The notes under the pieces are model-generated. The model did no database searches. It was given only the letters and a program-made list of their open reading frames with translations, and was not told where the DNA came from. The position numbers and the translations under genes are program-made. Below are positions 42,082 through 44,308 of a DNA stretch of 44,308 bases, piece after piece. The stretch's first letter is position 1, and each line of letters begins with the position of its first letter. Source of the DNA: Candidatus Hydromicrobium sp. (GTDB lineage: Bacteria > Actinomycetota > Humimicrobiia > Humimicrobiales > Humimicrobiaceae); contig DATBWS010000104.1 in assembly GCA_036514675.1 (NCBI GenBank), positions 1-44,308 of the forward strand, given 5' to 3'.

Positions 42082-43815
42082 ATGAATAAATCGAAAAAAA
42101 TAATAATATCTACTATTCTGCTGATATTAATATTTACCAGTATTTACCTCTATTCATGTGAATATAATGATCTGGGGTTATTTACTACAGAGGACGATGA
42201 AGCAGGAAATGTTAATGGAAAAAATGATGTCAATGAATTAGATGTTAACAGTAGAGAATTTTTCCTGGAATCAAAAGAAAAACAAAAGAATAAAAATCCG
42301 CTGGATGATATCGATATCAGAAAGGCCATATTTTATGCAATAGATAGAGAAAGAATTGTCAATGAATTACTCGGTGAATATGGCGAGGTACTGGATAGCC
42401 TATTTGCCAAAGATTCCTATTATTATTACCCCGCCTGGTCAGAATACGATTATGATATAAATAAAGCAAAAGAGTCTTTAAGTAAGGCAGGATACGGTGT
42501 GGATAATCCGCTATATATTGCCATAGGTGCTATAAGTGATAATGACACCAGGCAAATAATAGAAGAAATGATTAAAGAAGATCTGGATAAAATCGGAATA
42601 AAATTATGGATATTCAATAAATCTTCCAAAGAATGGTATCAGGATTACGTTGAAAAAGGTGACTACGAACTGGGTGTATGGTCAATCTATAATTTTGATG
42701 GAAGCAGTTTAACCTATAACTTTGATTCCGGAAAGATACCCCCTTTAAAGACGGAAGAAAATAAAAATTGTGAAAATTTTTATTGGTACGATAATTCAAA
42801 TGCGGACGAAATTCTAAATAAGGTTATGTACGAAAGTGATACTGCAGAGAAAAAAGAGTTATTACAGGATTTACAAAATGTTCTGGTCCAGGATGCAGTA
42901 ATATTACCGCTATATAGCAGGTTATTTTCTATTGCATACAATAACAAAAAGATAGAACAATTGGATATTAGTATCAAAAATAATAAAATCTTTTTTAACA
43001 TAGAAAACTGGGTTATATCTGGCAGAGAACAGACAGGTGAAGATGGGGAAAATGAAGTTATTATTGGTTATGAAGGTGAAGGTTTTAAACTTTCAAATCC
43101 ATTCGATTTGGACTATATAAATAATCTTGTAATGAAAGGCTTATGGGAGATTGATGAAAAAGGTGACTACGAAACGGTACTGGCAGAAGAAGATTATTCT
43201 TCGGATGGGAAAATAACCAGTGTGCCGGGTCTGGAAGTCAGAGTCGCACTTAAAGAGGAAATATTCTGGGAAGACGGAGATCCCATTACATCGGAAGATG
43301 TTAAATACACCTATGATGCTATACTGGAAAATGAAAGCATTATGAATATTGATGAAGATTATTCCAAAATAGAAGGAATTGAAGTAATAAATGAAAAAGA
43401 ATTCAATATTGTTTTTAAAGAAAATATTAAAGATTGGAAGAAACTTTTCGTGGTTGTATTCAAGGAAGGATCATTGGAAGAAAAGGATATAAGTAATTTT
43501 GCCGCAGAGGATATTATTGCTAATGGTCCTTATAAAATAGGGGAGTATGTAGATGGAGAGCATTTGATACTGGAGAAAAACGAATTTTATTCTGGTGGTG
43601 AGGTATCAGAAATAGATTCCATTCAAATTATATTTGATACGGATATTAATAATCTCGTTGGCATGCTTGGTGATAAAGAGATAGATTTATTGAGTATTCC
43701 GATAGATTTAGATTTAATGAAAGATCTGGAAGAAAATGAAGATTTTAATTTATTAGTTAAACCCGGAAATTTGCTGGAGCATCTGGCTATTTGCTTAAAA
43801 CCAAAAGAGGGATAG
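42082..43815 (+). CDS. Family-5 SBP-like lipoprotein with apparently circularly permuted domain order
   Basis: 577 aa. Signal peptide plus LYSC lipobox-like site and an acidic/Asn-rich linker. SBP family-5 C-terminal-half motifs come next, followed by N-terminal-half motifs (details in findings). AGGTG lies 6 nt upstream of the ATG. Confidence 0.7.
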   Translation: MNKSKKIIISTILLILIFTSIYLYSCEYNDLGLFTTEDDEAGNVNGKNDVNELDVNSREFFLESKEKQKNKNPLDDIDIRKAIFYAIDRERIVNELLGEYGEVLDSLFAKDSYYYYPAWSEYDYDINKAKESLSKAGYGVDNPLYIAIGAISDNDTRQIIEEMIKEDLDKIGIKLWIFNKSSKEWYQDYVEKGDYELGVWSIYNFDGSSLTYNFDSGKIPPLKTEENKNCENFYWYDNSNADEILNKVMYESDTAEKKELLQDLQNVLVQDAVILPLYSRLFSIAYNNKKIEQLDISIKNNKIFFNIENWVISGREQTGEDGENEVIIGYEGEGFKLSNPFDLDYINNLVMKGLWEIDEKGDYETVLAEEDYSSDGKITSVPGLEVRVALKEEIFWEDGDPITSEDVKYTYDAILENESIMNIDEDYSKIEGIEVINEKEFNIVFKENIKDWKKLFVVVFKEGSLEEKDISNFAAEDIIANGPYKIGEYVDGEHLILEKNEFYSGGEVSEIDSIQIIFDTDINNLVGMLGDKEIDLLSIPIDLDLMKDLEENEDFNLLVKPGNLLEHLAICLKPKEG

Positions 43816-43873
43816 GAATTATAAAAAAGCTGCAACTTCTATCCGGCAGTCTTGTAGGTTTTGGTGAGGTTTA

Positions 43874-43902
43874 TTGACAATAATAAACATTGTTTTTAGA
43901 AT
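43874..43902 (+). promoter_or_regulatory. Sigma-70-type promoter for tRNA-Leu(GAG)
   Basis: TTGACA (43874-43879), a 17-nt spacer, then TAGAAT (43897-43902). It lies about 50 nt upstream of the tRNA. Confidence 0.5.
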
Positions 43903-43951
43903 TAGTAAAGCCAAAGATCATTACGTTTTTTTTAAATTTAAATTTATATAT

Positions 43952-44040
43952 GTCGGAATGGCGGAACTGGTAGACGCGCAAGGTTGAGGGCCTTGTGAAC
44001 GCTATAGTTCGTGGGGGTTCAAGTCCCCCTTCCGACACCA
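43952..44040 (+). tRNA. tRNA-Leu (anticodon GAG), class II with long variable arm, encoded CCA
   Basis: GTCGGAA-TG-GCGGAACTGGTAGACGC-G-CAAGG-TTGAGGG-CCTTG-(variable arm TGAACGCTATAGTTCGT)-GGGGG-TTCAAGT-CCCCC-TTCCGAC-A-CCA. All stems pair, and the anticodon loop is uuGAGgg. Confidence 0.92.
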
Positions 44041-44083
44041 GTAAATTCAACAAATATGGTTGAAATTATGAAGTTAGATTATT

Positions 44084-44110
44084 GAAAACATGCCACAAGT
44101 GCATGTTTTC
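44084..44110. terminator. 10-bp hairpin downstream of tRNA-Leu(GAG), possibly a bidirectional terminator
   Basis: GAAAACATGC (44084-44093) pairs with GCATGTTTTC (44101-44110) around a 7-nt loop. The A/T runs sit inside the stem on both strands. Confidence 0.45.
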
Positions 44111-44152
44111 AGGGACTTGAAAAGACGGACTGAGCCAGAGGCGAGGGAGTCT

Positions 44153-44194
44153 GCGATCTTTATTTTAAATTTATTTGAGATCGCCTGTTTTTTT
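44153..44194 (+). terminator. Hairpin plus T-run
   Basis: GCGATCT (44153-44159) pairs with AGATCGC (44178-44184) around an 18-nt AT-rich loop, followed by CCTGTTTTTTT. It overlaps the stop codon of the convergent minus-strand ORF. Confidence 0.35.
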
Positions 44195-44308
44195 ATGTGC
44201 TATTTCTGCTTCCTTATACCTACCCTGTTTTTGTAATATTATATGCATAATTCTCCAGGCATCCCTGTTATTTTCATCTAATTTTATTAATTTCCTGATG
44301 ACGTCTTC
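44171..44308 (-). CDS. 3' end of a convergent ORF, possibly a TPR-repeat protein (5' end outside the window)
   Basis: The minus-strand frame is open from the window edge: EDVIRKLIKLDENNRDAWRIMHIILQKQGRYKEAEIAHKKTGDLK*. The pattern ..A....L...G.Y.EA... is TPR-like. It is too short to appear in the ORF track. Confidence 0.3.
   Translation of the reverse strand, partial: EDVIRKLIKLDENNRDAWRIMHIILQKQGRYKEAEIAHKKTGDLK

Noticed and set aside
43871-44053. 60-aa minus-strand ORF from the track.
   Set aside because: It overlaps the whole tRNA-Leu(GAG) gene and its promoter. The tRNA cloverleaf is unambiguous, so the ORF is spurious.
44111-44158. Locally GC-rich segment (GGGACTTGAAAAGACGGACTGAGCCAGAGGCGAGGGAGTCTGCGATC) downstream of tRNA-Leu(GAG), considered as an integration scar, att site or small structured RNA.
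   Set aside because: Only a weak 5-bp pairing (GGACT/AGTCT) is possible. There is no repeat of the tRNA 3' end, and no integrase or other mobile gene nearby within the window. Evidence is insufficient.

Overview
AT-rich (by eye about one-third G+C) bacterial chromosomal window. It is almost entirely housekeeping and almost entirely on the + strand. In order: the 3' end of hppA, larB, an orphan PilB/GspE-type ATPase, dnaE, and a tightly linked opine-dehydrogenase-like plus B12-binding-domain gene pair. Then hisZ-hisG-hisB-hisH-hisA-hisF-hisIE-pfkA, a short minus-strand island (tRNA-Leu(CAA) and a glutamate-synthase-domain FMN protein), and polA-rpsA-coaE-uvrB-uvrA-uvrC-DUF360-rapZ. Then gap-pgk-tpiA-gpmI-secG, a peptide/nickel-type ABC importer (SBP, two permeases, two ATPases), a second SBP gene, tRNA-Leu(GAG), and the 3' end of a convergent TPR-like ORF. 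I saw no mobile elements, CRISPR arrays, rRNA, or recognisable defence or toxin systems. The gene order polA-rpsA-coaE-uvrB...uvrC-rapZ...gap-pgk-tpiA-secG resembles Actinomycetota, but base composition, hisZ plus short hisG, and gpmI do not, so I make no taxonomic call. Four items deserve a second look. (1) The trailing SBP (42082..43815) reads as a clean circular permutation of the family-5 SBP fold. (2) The cassette at 6466..9214 pairs an opine-dehydrogenase-like enzyme with a B12-binding-like domain (CxHxxG instead of DxHxxG) fused to a TIM-barrel-like domain of unknown function. (3) The leader of the minus-strand glutamate-synthase-like gene can form mutually exclusive pairings that sequester the Shine-Dalgarno. 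(4) The orphan PilB-like ATPase carries tandem MshEN-type motifs. All functional calls come from reading the translations; no database search was possible.
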